Origin: Bacteroidales bacterium
Lineage (GTDB): Bacteria; Bacteroidota; Bacteroidia; Bacteroidales; UBA932
NCBI GenBank assembly: GCA_017552475.1
Contig: JAFZPY010000126.1
Coordinates: 126-64,125 of the forward strand
Direction: 5' to 3'
Length of the DNA: 64,000 nucleotides
The position numbers were made by a program, and so were the translations under genes. The number at the start of each line of letters is the position of its first letter. Within the stretch, counting starts at the first letter, position 1. The notes below the pieces were generated by a model that was given only the letters and a program-made list of their open reading frames with translations, did no database searches and was not told the DNA's origin. This document shows, piece after piece, positions 29,801-39,414 of this stretch.

Positions 29801-30035
29801 CCGTAGTAGTACCATTTGCAGTACCGACAACTGTTACGTATGCTCCGCTGACGGGAACACCGTTTTCATCAAGTACTTGACCGGATACCTTGACGACAGC
29901 GTCCTGCTGTTCGTTGGATGTGGTCAGCATGGATGTGCTGGCTGAGGCTGCATTAGCCGCCAGAAGGAGCGAGGAAACCATCATGCATACAGCAAGGGCC
30001 TTTCCTCCGATCGGAATAGTTTTAATGAAATGCAT
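26853..30035 (-). CDS. susC: SusC/RagA TonB-dependent transporter
   Basis: VVVGYG, PLYVIDG, ILKDASSSAIYGSRGASGVILIETK, C-terminal F. Confidence 0.96.
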   Translation of the reverse strand: MHFIKTIPIGGKALAVCMMVSSLLLAANAASASTSMLTTSNEQQDAVVKVSGQVLDENGVPVSGAYVTVVGTANGTTTDAEGKWTLTAAKGSTLEFSFLGFITETQTVTGPGSITLVMKQDSELLGEVVVVGYGSVKKVNLTGSVAKISPDAMKDRPIATIGEAFQGQLAGVYSSASSGGQPGEDLSIRIRGINTINGTSNPLYVIDGVPRDNMSDLNPSDIASIQILKDASSSAIYGSRGASGVILIETKQGAGKPTVTFDAYYGVQSPERTMDLQNGYEYVAQQMYIRNLNHLRKGGSMSDPMSSRAIADQIPSWWLTKDTFTDWQSEVLRTAPIQSYQVSASTKGDMGSIFMSAGYLDQQGILVGSDYTKTNGRVNASLNISKKLRVGLNLGVSRSVHNMAGGGGKESALHHAIIHSPLVDRDAATRDNGIPSATEVGEIFPSPYLRLVQITDQTEYTRINAALWGEYEIIDGLTFKTLYSNTYDGRKYEYFLPGNINRNGYKSEGSSDSYRIDNWTLQNTLTYDKTIGKHAFNVLLGQSAEKQNYFVISAEASGWTYENLTTLNLAPTPTVASTSKNAYSNASFFGRFSYNYDEKYLFTASVRRDGSSRFGKNHKWGTFPSVSAGWKINKEDFMKNISWLSLLKVRASWGKAGNDNMGSNYPSVAALGSYSTVWNGNLVSGAAPSNMPNEDLKWEATKSLNFGFDFAAFKNRLQLSVDYYINDTEDLLFSKPIPYTTGFSSFTTNIGSVRNSGFEFDLTSANIVSGDFSWTSNVNLSHNTNKVTDMGGQQVLDVTSWSQKYRTEVGKPLSQFLAYKTIGILTSDCFDSNGNATVPILAGQEEGNYRYQDTNNDGKITTDDMVVCGDNFPDLVYGITNKFAYKNFELSVLVQGQVGGEIMYIGGRHNNLGNSGRNSYRHWLTSYKPDFEAKYGAGENPVPVEYCRQHGIDMSWDGKTPFAFGQSGGGVADDNRIFSTTYLRIKNITLSYTLPASLLKKVNMKGAKVYAAMDNVYIFTDYIGYTPESNTNGNGTTRLGVDYSTYPLSRRLIFGASLTF

Positions 30036-30069
30036 AACCGATAATTGTAAGTGTGATTAATATAGGTTG

Positions 30070-33000
30070 TTAGTTTTCCGTAACGTCCTCAACGTCCACA
30101 TAGACATATTTGGGACGAAAATCCAGATCCTTCAGGATGAAATTCACATTGCGGAAAGTCAGTCCGCGAACGTGTCTGGCAAAAATGCCATATGCAGGCA
30201 GTTCTCCGAACATGGAGAACTCCGGATAGCTGTCAATCTTCTCCGGAATAGAGTCCAGCCTCCACAATGGCACATAGGCCATACCTTTGCTGGCCCGCCC
30301 GGGACAGCGGATCTCGATATTTTCCAAAACCACGTTTTCTACGCAATGGCCGGGGATTCCGGTAATTGAGCTTGGGATTGGGTTATGAAAGAAAGACAGG
30401 GACGGTCCCCTCATGTCATAGTCACTGTCCGGACGGCCGAAGGGAATATCCACGTACAGATTCTTTATAGTGATGTTCCTGAGTGTTCCCGGAGCATTTC
30501 CGGCGCGGTGTCCCAGACGGATAAAGAAGGCATTCCCCGTGTTTTCGGCATGGATATTATCCACCAGCACGCTATCAATATGACCACCGTCCACGCTTTC
30601 TATAGCAATGGCCGAACGGTAAGTGTCCTTCACCCGGATATCCCGGATGACGATGTTGCGGAAGCCGCCCCAGGAAGCCGTTCCGAATTTGACGGCGCTG
30701 GCGCTGCTGATCACCTCGCAGTCCGAGACCTCCACGTCATCGCAGCAGGAGTCGGCGTGATAGGATTTCAGGCAGATGCCGTCGTCGGCCGAATTGATGC
30801 GGCAATGCGTGATAAGTACATGCTTGCCGTCCGTCACGTCAATGCCGTCATTGTTCCAATATGCCCTGTTCTCAAAATCAAGATTACGGAGCGTAAGATA
30901 GCTGCACTTGTCGAAAGACAATCCCCAGCAGGCGCTGTTCTTCAGCTTCAGCCCATCAATCAGGATGTGGTCTGAGTCCGAGAAGAAAAACAGTTTGGGG
31001 CGAGCTGTCTCATTGGGCCTGTTAAGACGCTGCGTGTAATTGGGATCCACACGTTCGCCTGTGTGATGCAGGCTGTCAATGGCCAGGGCAAGTTCCCGGC
31101 CGTTCCCGTCTATCAGGCCTTCACCAATAATACGTATATCCCGGGCATGATCAGCGACCAGCAGGGCCAGCGCAGAATTATCTCCGCCTTTGGTTTTCTG
31201 GACGGCACGATAGTCGTAAGGGTTCGTGCTTCCCAGAATGGAGGCGTCTTTTTCAATCCGCAGAGTCACATTCGATTTGAGCTCGACAGTACCGGTGAGA
31301 TACTTTCCTTTCTGGAAAGCCAACGTTCCGCCCTGCTCAAGGGAATGGCAATAGTCCACAGCTTTCTGGATAGCATCCGTATTCATGGTCACGCCATCTC
31401 CGACAATGCCCATATCGCCGGCCAGGACGATGTTCTGTCCCCAGGTCTCATTGGGCTCGGGGCCCATCACCAATGTCAGCGTACCGCCGTTGATGATGTC
31501 ATCATGGGAGATCCAGCAACGTGAATAAGGATTCCCGTTAAAGGTGGCAGACTGAATATAAACGTTCTGCTCCGAATTATTCTTAGCTATGATGGTAAAA
31601 TCCTGACCATTACCAAGATGCATCGTCACCTTATCGAAAGACGGGCTTCCTATCTGATAGGCCGGCAATCCCGGGCAGACCGGATAGAAGCCGATGGCGC
31701 TGAAAATATACCATGCCGAAAGCTGGCCGCAGTCTTCATTGCCGGGCAGGCCGCCAAGCGTGGACTTGAATTTATTCCTGACAAGTTCCCTGACCGTTTT
31801 CTGCGTCTTCCACGGTGCGCCGGTGTAATTATACAGGTAAGGCGCGTGCATGGAGAACTCGTCGCCGACATAATAGAAATCGCCGTCAAAGAATTCATCC
31901 AGCTGATCTTCCAGAACTTTCTTTCCCCCAAGGAAATCAATCAGTCCCGGCACATCATGGGGAACGAAGAAAGTGATGTTTCTGTAATAGGTCTCCCTGT
32001 CACGATCCGTACCCCTGGCCCATGTGCTCACCGCCTGATCCTTCGGATCACGCCAGGTGCCGTCGCTGTTTCGCCCCCTGATCAAGTTTGTCTGAGGGTC
32101 CAGGACATTGCGGTAGTTTTTGCTCCGGCTCATGAGCATATCATAGAGATCATCCCAGCCCATCTCTCCGGCCATCTGGGCAATGCACCAGTCGTCATAG
32201 GCAAACTCCATCGTGCGGATGCAGGATTCCTTATACTTATCCGTGGGAACATATCCGAGACGGATATAATCTTCTATTCCCACACGGGCCGCATATATGC
32301 CGTGTGAAGCCGTTGTAGCATTCTTCATCATGGCCTCCAGCGCCTTATCCGTGTCATAGCCCCTTACGCCTTTGACATATGCGTCTGCAATGACGGCGTC
32401 GCCGTGGGTCCCGGTCATCGTATTGGAATATCCCGGGCTGGGCCATTTGGGAATCCATCCACCTTCATCATAACTGTTGAGAAGCCCCGTTATCATCTCA
32501 TTGACTTTCTCCGGGGCAAGAAGCACCAGCAGCGGATGCAATGCACGGAACGTATCCCAAAGGGAATAGTCAGTGTACATGATGCCCGGCATCACCTGGC
32601 CATTGTAGGCACTATAGTGATACCCGTCCTCGGTAAGGTCCCGCGGCAGCAGTGCAATGCGCTGCATGGCCGTATAGAAAATCTTCTTGTTATCCTCAGT
32701 AGTCTCCACCTCTATGCGGCCCACGCTTTTGTTCCACACGTCCCGTCCCTGACGTACGAGTTCGTCGAATCCCTTGTCACCAATTTCCCTTTCCAGATTC
32801 TTCCTGGCTTGTTCCATGCTTATAAATGAGGTTCCAAGCCTGACCTCAGCAGGTTCTCCGCCTCTGGTTTTAAAGAAAACCTGAAGAGCCGACGCCACGG
32901 AGCCGTCAAGTGCCATCCGTTTCAATTCCTCTTCGGACCGGGGCTCCGGTTCCAGGCAGTTGAAGCGCAGCGTCGCCAGTCTGGTTCTCTCGGTGTATTC

Positions 33001-35007
33001 CATCACTATCTCGCAGCGTTCACCTGCCGCAAGCACCTTGGAATACAGATCCTGTGCGGGCCGGTGTGTCTTGTGGGAGTCAATCACCTTTTCGCCGTTG
33101 ACATACAGCTTCACATCGTCATCGGACGTAACATAGAACACGTGCTTGCCCGAGGTCCTTGCCGTGAGCGTGCCCGCATATCTTACTCCGAAATAATCCT
33201 CATTCACGCCCGGAGCAGGCGCTCCTTCCCACTCAAAGTTCACATCGGCATCTGCGCAAGTCGCGACAGGGCTGCCCTCAAACTGAGTATTGTTGAAGAA
33301 TTCCCCTCTGAAACCCTCCTTAAACAGGGCTGTATTATCGGCAAAAACAGGCTCCGGAACAACGGCACAGGAGGTAAGCGGCTGATTAATCTTAGCCACA
33401 AAATAACAGGCGAAATCAGGGCCCGTATATCCCTGGTTGCCCACACGGCCCGCATTTGTAATATAGCCTTCGACCTCATTAAGCTCCGGCAGCACATGGA
33501 AATAATTTCCATATTCGCTGCGGGCGTTGTCAAATACCAAGCCAGCATTCTCTGTCGCGGGATATGTAAAGCGCAACATGCCTGACGAGGATACGCCGGT
33601 AATCTCAGACTTGACATCATAGTCTTCCAGATCTACACAGTAGTAATACGGAGTGGCGCTTTCATTGTCATGTGAATAAGATGAAGCCCTTTCGTGCGGC
33701 CGCACTTTATCCTTGCCAATGACTGGCATTATGGTGAACGTACCATAGTCGGACATGGCCGCGCCATTGGGATAATGGCTGGCACGGAACCCCTGTATGG
33801 CCGTCTGATCAGAGAAATAGCACCTATCGGTCTTCGCAGTCTGCGGTGACAACTGCACCATTGCATTGGGGTATCCGACGCCGGGATAGACGAAACCCAT
33901 CGGTTCCTCCGGTCCCGACAGTGTGGACTGTCCCCTCCAGACCTGAGTTCCAATTCGGGTATCCACATAATCTACAGGCATCTTTTTGCCGCCGTCACCA
34001 TGATTGAACGAAATAATGACCATACCCACGACGAGCAGGGCCATGCCTCCGGCCATCTTCTTTATGGATGCCCTGGGCGCCCCTTTCCATTCACCAAGCA
34101 TAAGCCCGGCGACGCCACTGGCAACTATGGCGGTAGACTGCATGATAGCCCACCCGACGGATGCGGCATAATGTCCCATACGGCTGCAACCCATGCCATA
34201 GAAAAGCATGCTTCCATACCAGATCAGTCCGCCAAGGGCAGCCCAGAGATAATTGCGCCAGGATGAGCCTTTGTAATTCTCTATAGTCCCGTTCCTGCGC
34301 ATCTGCACCAGACTCTGGATTGCGTTCACCAGAAAACCGGTCACAAAAACAATGGCCCAGGTCGCATTCGCGCTGTTGATGGGATCGGCACCAAGTTCGA
34401 CGGCCTTTTGCTGAAGAGGCTCTCCCATGACAAAGCCGAAGTTTATCATGGGACTGAACACACCGCCCAGAATACAAATCAGAAGGCCCATGGCAAATTT
34501 CTTTCCTTTTGCGCCACCTTCTGACTGGCACTTCCCCTTGCCGGCATTGGCAAAAAGAATGATTCCGCCCAACGTCACGGCCACACCTATGGGAATATTG
34601 ACGTACTGCGAAGTGAACAGCGCCCCTGGATTGTCAACAAGGAACGGAGCGACTGTGCCAATGACATTTATCAGTCCCTGCATGATTGGAATGGCCAGAG
34701 ACACGCCCAGGTAGTCAATACCTTTGCCAAACAGCAAAGCGCCGAGTCCCCAGATCAGGCCAAAGACAGCGACGACAGCCGTCACGGAAGGGTGCGCCGC
34801 ATAGACATCGGTCACATGCGGAATGGTAAGTGCTACGGCAATGCCTGGACAAACGATGAGAGCTATGACGCTCCATATAAGCCAGTTGTTTTCCCAAGCC
34901 CATTTGCGGTTGCGCCCGAACGGTGTTGAGAACACGCCCGAGAAACATCCTGCCATGAGGACCAGTGCAAGGCCCATGTAAAACCCGTTTTCCATCATAT
35001 CAGACAT
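30070..35007 (-). CDS. Triple fusion: RhaT-type sugar/H+ symporter + GH92 alpha-mannosidase-like (PA14 insertion) + GH28
   Basis: N-terminal multi-TM RhaT signature (KWAWENNWLIWS...LGEWKG); GH92 from ~33981 (YVDTRIGT, SLWDTFRA, PGNEDCGQLSAW); PA14 at ~33310-32950; GH28 from ~31435 (WNNDGID, ADDGICLKS). True start may be 34998 (ATGA coupling). Confidence 0.85.
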   Translation of the reverse strand: MSDMMENGFYMGLALVLMAGCFSGVFSTPFGRNRKWAWENNWLIWSVIALIVCPGIAVALTIPHVTDVYAAHPSVTAVVAVFGLIWGLGALLFGKGIDYLGVSLAIPIMQGLINVIGTVAPFLVDNPGALFTSQYVNIPIGVAVTLGGIILFANAGKGKCQSEGGAKGKKFAMGLLICILGGVFSPMINFGFVMGEPLQQKAVELGADPINSANATWAIVFVTGFLVNAIQSLVQMRRNGTIENYKGSSWRNYLWAALGGLIWYGSMLFYGMGCSRMGHYAASVGWAIMQSTAIVASGVAGLMLGEWKGAPRASIKKMAGGMALLVVGMVIISFNHGDGGKKMPVDYVDTRIGTQVWRGQSTLSGPEEPMGFVYPGVGYPNAMVQLSPQTAKTDRCYFSDQTAIQGFRASHYPNGAAMSDYGTFTIMPVIGKDKVRPHERASSYSHDNESATPYYYCVDLEDYDVKSEITGVSSSGMLRFTYPATENAGLVFDNARSEYGNYFHVLPELNEVEGYITNAGRVGNQGYTGPDFACYFVAKINQPLTSCAVVPEPVFADNTALFKEGFRGEFFNNTQFEGSPVATCADADVNFEWEGAPAPGVNEDYFGVRYAGTLTARTSGKHVFYVTSDDDVKLYVNGEKVIDSHKTHRPAQDLYSKVLAAGERCEIVMEYTERTRLATLRFNCLEPEPRSEEELKRMALDGSVASALQVFFKTRGGEPAEVRLGTSFISMEQARKNLEREIGDKGFDELVRQGRDVWNKSVGRIEVETTEDNKKIFYTAMQRIALLPRDLTEDGYHYSAYNGQVMPGIMYTDYSLWDTFRALHPLLVLLAPEKVNEMITGLLNSYDEGGWIPKWPSPGYSNTMTGTHGDAVIADAYVKGVRGYDTDKALEAMMKNATTASHGIYAARVGIEDYIRLGYVPTDKYKESCIRTMEFAYDDWCIAQMAGEMGWDDLYDMLMSRSKNYRNVLDPQTNLIRGRNSDGTWRDPKDQAVSTWARGTDRDRETYYRNITFFVPHDVPGLIDFLGGKKVLEDQLDEFFDGDFYYVGDEFSMHAPYLYNYTGAPWKTQKTVRELVRNKFKSTLGGLPGNEDCGQLSAWYIFSAIGFYPVCPGLPAYQIGSPSFDKVTMHLGNGQDFTIIAKNNSEQNVYIQSATFNGNPYSRCWISHDDIINGGTLTLVMGPEPNETWGQNIVLAGDMGIVGDGVTMNTDAIQKAVDYCHSLEQGGTLAFQKGKYLTGTVELKSNVTLRIEKDASILGSTNPYDYRAVQKTKGGDNSALALLVADHARDIRIIGEGLIDGNGRELALAIDSLHHTGERVDPNYTQRLNRPNETARPKLFFFSDSDHILIDGLKLKNSACWGLSFDKCSYLTLRNLDFENRAYWNNDGIDVTDGKHVLITHCRINSADDGICLKSYHADSCCDDVEVSDCEVISSASAVKFGTASWGGFRNIVIRDIRVKDTYRSAIAIESVDGGHIDSVLVDNIHAENTGNAFFIRLGHRAGNAPGTLRNITIKNLYVDIPFGRPDSDYDMRGPSLSFFHNPIPSSITGIPGHCVENVVLENIEIRCPGRASKGMAYVPLWRLDSIPEKIDSYPEFSMFGELPAYGIFARHVRGLTFRNVNFILKDLDFRPKYVYVDVEDVTEN

Positions 35008-35411
35008 TTCAAGTTATTGACAGCCTCCTGCAGCTCTTTCCGCTGACTGGGAGAAAGATCGTAGAAATCAAAGTCAGAAATATGCGTATTGCTCTTCTCG
35101 ACAATGCAGACACTGCTTCCTTGAGACATCGCGATTTTGTGCCATGTCTCCCTGGGAATATTGTATATCACCCCGGGGACCATGTCAACGAGGTCATAAC
35201 TGATCTTACCGTCAATCGTTGCCGCAATCAGGACGGCATGTCCCCTGAGCAGGACGAAGACCTCATCCGTCTCGTGGTGTATATCTAGTTTCACGATGCT
35301 CTCCAATGCCTCGGCGGGGGCATAATTCAGAAAGGCTGCCTGCCATCCGTCAGAAATGAAGGTTGGATCATAGCCTGGCGCATCATAACGGTATGATTGA
35401 ATCAGTTTCAT
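34995..35411 (-). CDS. Cupin-fold protein
   Basis: DIHHETDEVFVLLRG...YNIPRETWH metal-binding cupin motifs. Confidence 0.8.
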   Translation of the reverse strand: MKLIQSYRYDAPGYDPTFISDGWQAAFLNYAPAEALESIVKLDIHHETDEVFVLLRGHAVLIAATIDGKISYDLVDMVPGVIYNIPRETWHKIAMSQGSSVCIVEKSNTHISDFDFYDLSPSQRKELQEAVNNLKCLI

Positions 35412-35428
35412 AAGTATCGTATATTATG

Positions 35429-37570
35429 TCAGCTTTCAAGTAAACGGTCTACGACAAGTTGCCGGAAGCTCGGAGACAGCATGCAGAAATATGCGGTGAA
35501 ACCCGTCACGCGGACAACAAGTTCCGGATAGGCCGAGGGATTTTCATGAGCCTTGAGGAGCGTGTCTTTGTCCATTATATTTACATTGATAAGTGTTCCG
35601 CCCAGGTCCATGTGTGTCCGGATGATGGACTCGATGATGTCCACGTGCTTTTCTTTGGCAAAAGACGGATCGAGTTCCCACTGCATGGGTGCCGTATTTC
35701 CATACCCGGGCTGTATCTTCGCAATAGCCGAGGCCAGGGACAGCGAGGCCCCATCCACGACAAAACCCGGAACCGGGTTGGCCCCGTGCGATATGGGCGT
35801 GCCGGCCTTGCGACCGTTCGGTGTCGCCTGCACATGCTCGCCGAAGCTGACAGTGTTCGCCCACGAGAAGAAACCCGGAATGAACAGATGGTTCGATTCA
35901 CTCTGGCTTCGGACATCGGAGACAAACTGGTCGCGAATCTTCAGAGCCCACTTCTCTCCCAGACTTCCTTCGCAGCCATAATGTTCACTGTTTTTGAGAA
36001 TATTGCGGACCATTTCTCCACCCTTGTTCTCAAAATTCGTCGCGACGCTCTCTGCAACAATCTCCCAGGAGAGCTTGTGCTCAATCTCAATACGCTGCTC
36101 CAGCGCAGCGAAAGAGTCTGCAGCAATAGCAAGCCCGGCCCCGTCAATGGCAAGATTATAATACTCTGCTCCGCCATCGGATGCATCTAGGCCTTTCTCA
36201 ATGGGCCCGTGGCTCAAGAGATTCAGAAGAAGCTCCGGCTCGTTATATTTCTGGTACTTAAGATGATGCCTGATACCTTCCGCCGCCGTCGCCACGGCCT
36301 TGTAAAGGTGTTTCACAAAAAGAGCCCAAAGCCCTTCGGTGGATGGAGCAGAATCCGAATTCAACATCTCCTGCCAGGCCACCTCGAAGACCTTGGCCAT
36401 ATTCACCTTAACCAGGTCGTTCATTGTGTATTCCAGACCAGGTAGAGACATCCAGTTACATCCTACGGCAATCCTTTCCCGTGCAAGTGCGGCTGAATAA
36501 CCATTCCTCATGAATCCTTTCACCAGGGCCTTGTCCCCCGAAAAACGGGGCCATCCGTTCTTGTTCTTGACAAGATACTCGACGGACTTTTGAAGCAGTT
36601 GCTTATCAAGTCCGTCCCAGACACGGACAGTAATATTGAGGGATGTATTGATAATATCGGCAGCCTCGAGAATCAGGAAAGATATCCGGGACGTCTGGTC
36701 GTGGCCATCCTTGTCCGGACCGCCAAGCTGCCAATAGATAGGGTCATTGATAAGAAGGCATCCCAGATAGTATACGGCTTCATCTTCGGAGATACGCCCC
36801 TCTGCGATATCCTTCTCGAAATACGGCTGCAGCAGCGCGTCAATCTGACCGCCGGCGCCATCCCTGTTATAGGTTCGCGAAGCGAGGTGATACCAGATAA
36901 TCCACTGGCAGGCCTCCCGGAGAGTTCTTGGCGGGCGGGAGATTACCCACTGGTTCACCTCGGCCATTTCCGACAGATTTTTCCGGAGCGCGGGATCGCT
37001 CTCAGTCTTAGCCAAAGCCAGCGCCGCATCGATGTGCCGCTGTATCCAGCCCTGCACAGCCTTGATGGCTCTTACATGGATGTCATAAAAATGCTGCTTC
37101 GCAGCCTCAGAATTCACACTCCGGTAGCGTTCAATCTTCTCAAGCAAACCGTCCCAGCCCAGTTCCAGGCCGATTCTGAAATCCGGAGCGAAATGGGCAT
37201 CATCACCGATACCGCAGATGATGTTGTATTTTTCAATGTCCTCCTCAAGAAAATCATACGGAAAATCCGGATTCCATTTATTCTTCCTCATCTTGGACAT
37301 GAAATACATCCATCTCCCGCAAAATGCATCGTTGGGATCCACATAGACGGGATGAACCTTCATCAAAGAACAGAAATTGTCCGCCCAGGCGTCATATCCG
37401 TAGAACGATCCGTCCGGATGGCTAGGGATTGTCTCCCAAAGGCCTTCCGGAGGTACCACGCGCCCATAATCATCCTCGTCAAGAAGGCCCTCGACCCGGA
37501 TTTTCTCTTTGGTCTGGGCGAGTTTCTTCTCACGAAGGGCATAAAGTCTGTTTTCTAGCAGTTTATCCAT
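35429..37570 (-). CDS. Glycyl-radical enzyme of unknown function (PFL-like fold, not canonical PFL)
   Basis: Gly loop LVVRVTGF, ATPNGRKAG, single-Cys loop AVGCNW; no signal peptide. Confidence 0.92.
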   Translation of the reverse strand: MDKLLENRLYALREKKLAQTKEKIRVEGLLDEDDYGRVVPPEGLWETIPSHPDGSFYGYDAWADNFCSLMKVHPVYVDPNDAFCGRWMYFMSKMRKNKWNPDFPYDFLEEDIEKYNIICGIGDDAHFAPDFRIGLELGWDGLLEKIERYRSVNSEAAKQHFYDIHVRAIKAVQGWIQRHIDAALALAKTESDPALRKNLSEMAEVNQWVISRPPRTLREACQWIIWYHLASRTYNRDGAGGQIDALLQPYFEKDIAEGRISEDEAVYYLGCLLINDPIYWQLGGPDKDGHDQTSRISFLILEAADIINTSLNITVRVWDGLDKQLLQKSVEYLVKNKNGWPRFSGDKALVKGFMRNGYSAALARERIAVGCNWMSLPGLEYTMNDLVKVNMAKVFEVAWQEMLNSDSAPSTEGLWALFVKHLYKAVATAAEGIRHHLKYQKYNEPELLLNLLSHGPIEKGLDASDGGAEYYNLAIDGAGLAIAADSFAALEQRIEIEHKLSWEIVAESVATNFENKGGEMVRNILKNSEHYGCEGSLGEKWALKIRDQFVSDVRSQSESNHLFIPGFFSWANTVSFGEHVQATPNGRKAGTPISHGANPVPGFVVDGASLSLASAIAKIQPGYGNTAPMQWELDPSFAKEKHVDIIESIIRTHMDLGGTLINVNIMDKDTLLKAHENPSAYPELVVRVTGFTAYFCMLSPSFRQLVVDRLLES

Positions 37571-38436
37571 GTTATTTTCTTCAGTTCTTCCAGGCGCTCT
37601 GCGGACAAAGGCTCCTTGTCCTTGAGGACATTATCCATCCCAAGCGATTCGTACTTTCCGAATCCAAGCGTATGAAAGCCCAGTAATGTGTAGGTTAGTT
37701 TATCTCGTACGGGTTGCAGCAGGGAGCAAATCGCTTTTATCTCATCTTCGTTGTCATTCACGCCCGGAATGACAGGAGTCCTGACACAAAGCGCAGCCCC
37801 ACGTCCTGCAAGTTTTTTCAAATTATTCAATATCACTACGTTCCCTATCCCCGTCCACTCCCTGTGCTTCTTGTCATCGGATAGCTTAAAGTCACACACC
37901 CACAGGTCGGTGTACGGTATCAGTTCTTCGATGATCTTCCATGGGAAAGATGCATTCGTCTCGATGGCGGTATGAAGACCGTTTCGTTTGCAAATAAGAA
38001 GGAATTCCTTGACAAAACCGGCCTGCATCAGAGGCTCTCCTCCCGAAATGGTCACGCCTCCGCCGGATTCCCCGAAATAAGGCAGGTCTTGCTCTATTTC
38101 GACCCAAAGTTGCTCTGGAGAGACTTCTCGTCCGACCATTGAAAGAGCGCCGCTGCAACAAACCTGCGAGCATAGGCCGCAAGACGTGCATTTTTCCCTG
38201 TCGATCATCATTGAGCCATCCCCCTCTTCAATCACCCGTCCGGGGCAGACATGAAGGCATGACAGACAATGGATGCATTTCTCCTTTATATATTGGAGCT
38301 GAGGCTCACGAATCCACGTTTCAGGGTTGTGGCACCACTTGCAACGCATATTGCAGCCCTTCATAAAAACCACTGTTCTTATGCCCGGGCCATCGTGTAT
38401 TGACATGCGTTGAAGTGCCGTAATCAAACCTTTCAT
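37555..38436 (-). CDS. Glycyl-radical enzyme activating enzyme (radical SAM with ferredoxin insert)
   Basis: HDGPGIRT, CNMRCKWCHNPE, two CxxCxxCxxxC motifs, SGGEP. Confidence 0.95.
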   Translation of the reverse strand: MKGLITALQRMSIHDGPGIRTVVFMKGCNMRCKWCHNPETWIREPQLQYIKEKCIHCLSCLHVCPGRVIEEGDGSMMIDREKCTSCGLCSQVCCSGALSMVGREVSPEQLWVEIEQDLPYFGESGGGVTISGGEPLMQAGFVKEFLLICKRNGLHTAIETNASFPWKIIEELIPYTDLWVCDFKLSDDKKHREWTGIGNVVILNNLKKLAGRGAALCVRTPVIPGVNDNEDEIKAICSLLQPVRDKLTYTLLGFHTLGFGKYESLGMDNVLKDKEPLSAERLEELKKITWINC

Positions 38437-38457
38437 TGTGGATAGTTTTCTTCACTG

Positions 38458-38537
38458 CAAATCTATGGTTTTTTAGAACTAGTTCAACATCACATATTTA
38501 TTGAAGAAATGATATTCTTTACCCTATTCCGACATCG
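38458..38537 (-). promoter_or_regulatory. Promoter (-7 TAGATTTG) with upstream 19-bp candidate AraC site
   Basis: TAnnTTTG at 38465-38458; TTACCCTATTCCGACATCG at 38519-38537 shared with 44755-44773. Confidence 0.65.
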
Positions 38538-38544
38538 GCCGGAA

Positions 38545-39408
38545 TCACACGATTTTCTGGTTCAGTTTCCGATAGTCGGAGGGGGTCTGACCATAGCGCT
38601 GGTTAAACTGCCTGTAGAAGTAGGCGATACTCTCGAAACCACAGGCGTATGCAATCAGTTTAATAGGGATACTGGTGAGAATAAGCTCATCGGCCGCATA
38701 CTTGATGCGGATGTCATTCACAAACTCGGTAAGCGTCTGACCGAAAACCGTCTTCACCACCCGGTTTACATAGTCCGCATTCCTCTCGCACAGACTGACG
38801 AACGATGTGATTCCATGCCGGAAGTGTTCGGTATTGTTATACGCCTTGATTGCCGATATGAGCCATGACGGGGCCGACAGATAGTCACGCTGGGTCTCAA
38901 GATCCCGGATATTACGGAAAATAAACAGCAGCAGGCTGTCCATCTGCATGTACGAACGCTTGAAACGCATTGCCTCCTCAGCCCGTGACGAGAACCGCTT
39001 GACAAGGTTGTCGGACAGCTTGATCTGATACGGAAGCGGACTTTTCGACCAGAAATATTGATCAGAGCTGGCAAAATAACGGTCATGGAAGTAATCAAGC
39101 GTCTCTTTGGGGAAGGCTATATTGACAATGGTGAGGTTCTTACCGTTTGAAGAGAAAGTATGCTGGTCCTCGGGACGGATCAGGACCATGTCATTAGCTT
39201 TGACGACTACTTTATTTCCGTTGATATGATGGGTCCCTTCACCATTCTCGACCCAGAATAGCTCGGCGTAATCGTGAGAGTGGTACGAAATATCATACCT
39301 GGTCGTAATAAACACCCTGGCGATATGGAAGACCTCTTCCTTGGCCAGGAAATCATCCAGCTTGAAAAACTTGCAGCCGGAAGGCTCTGTGCGTAATACT
39401 GTCCTCAT
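38545..39408 (-). CDS. AraC-family transcriptional regulator (cupin sensor + double HTH)
   Basis: YHSHDYAELFWV; IAYACGFESIAYFYRQFNQRYGQTPSDYR. Confidence 0.95.
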   Translation of the reverse strand: MRTVLRTEPSGCKFFKLDDFLAKEEVFHIARVFITTRYDISYHSHDYAELFWVENGEGTHHINGNKVVVKANDMVLIRPEDQHTFSSNGKNLTIVNIAFPKETLDYFHDRYFASSDQYFWSKSPLPYQIKLSDNLVKRFSSRAEEAMRFKRSYMQMDSLLLFIFRNIRDLETQRDYLSAPSWLISAIKAYNNTEHFRHGITSFVSLCERNADYVNRVVKTVFGQTLTEFVNDIRIKYAADELILTSIPIKLIAYACGFESIAYFYRQFNQRYGQTPSDYRKLNQKIV

Positions 39409-39414
39409 AAATGT

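Noticed and set aside
35429-37570. Annotation as pflB, or as a propanediol dehydratase for rhamnose fermentation
   Set aside because: Lacks the Cys-Cys pair of PFL and the GCxE motif of dehydratases; no microcompartment or rhaBAD genes nearby.
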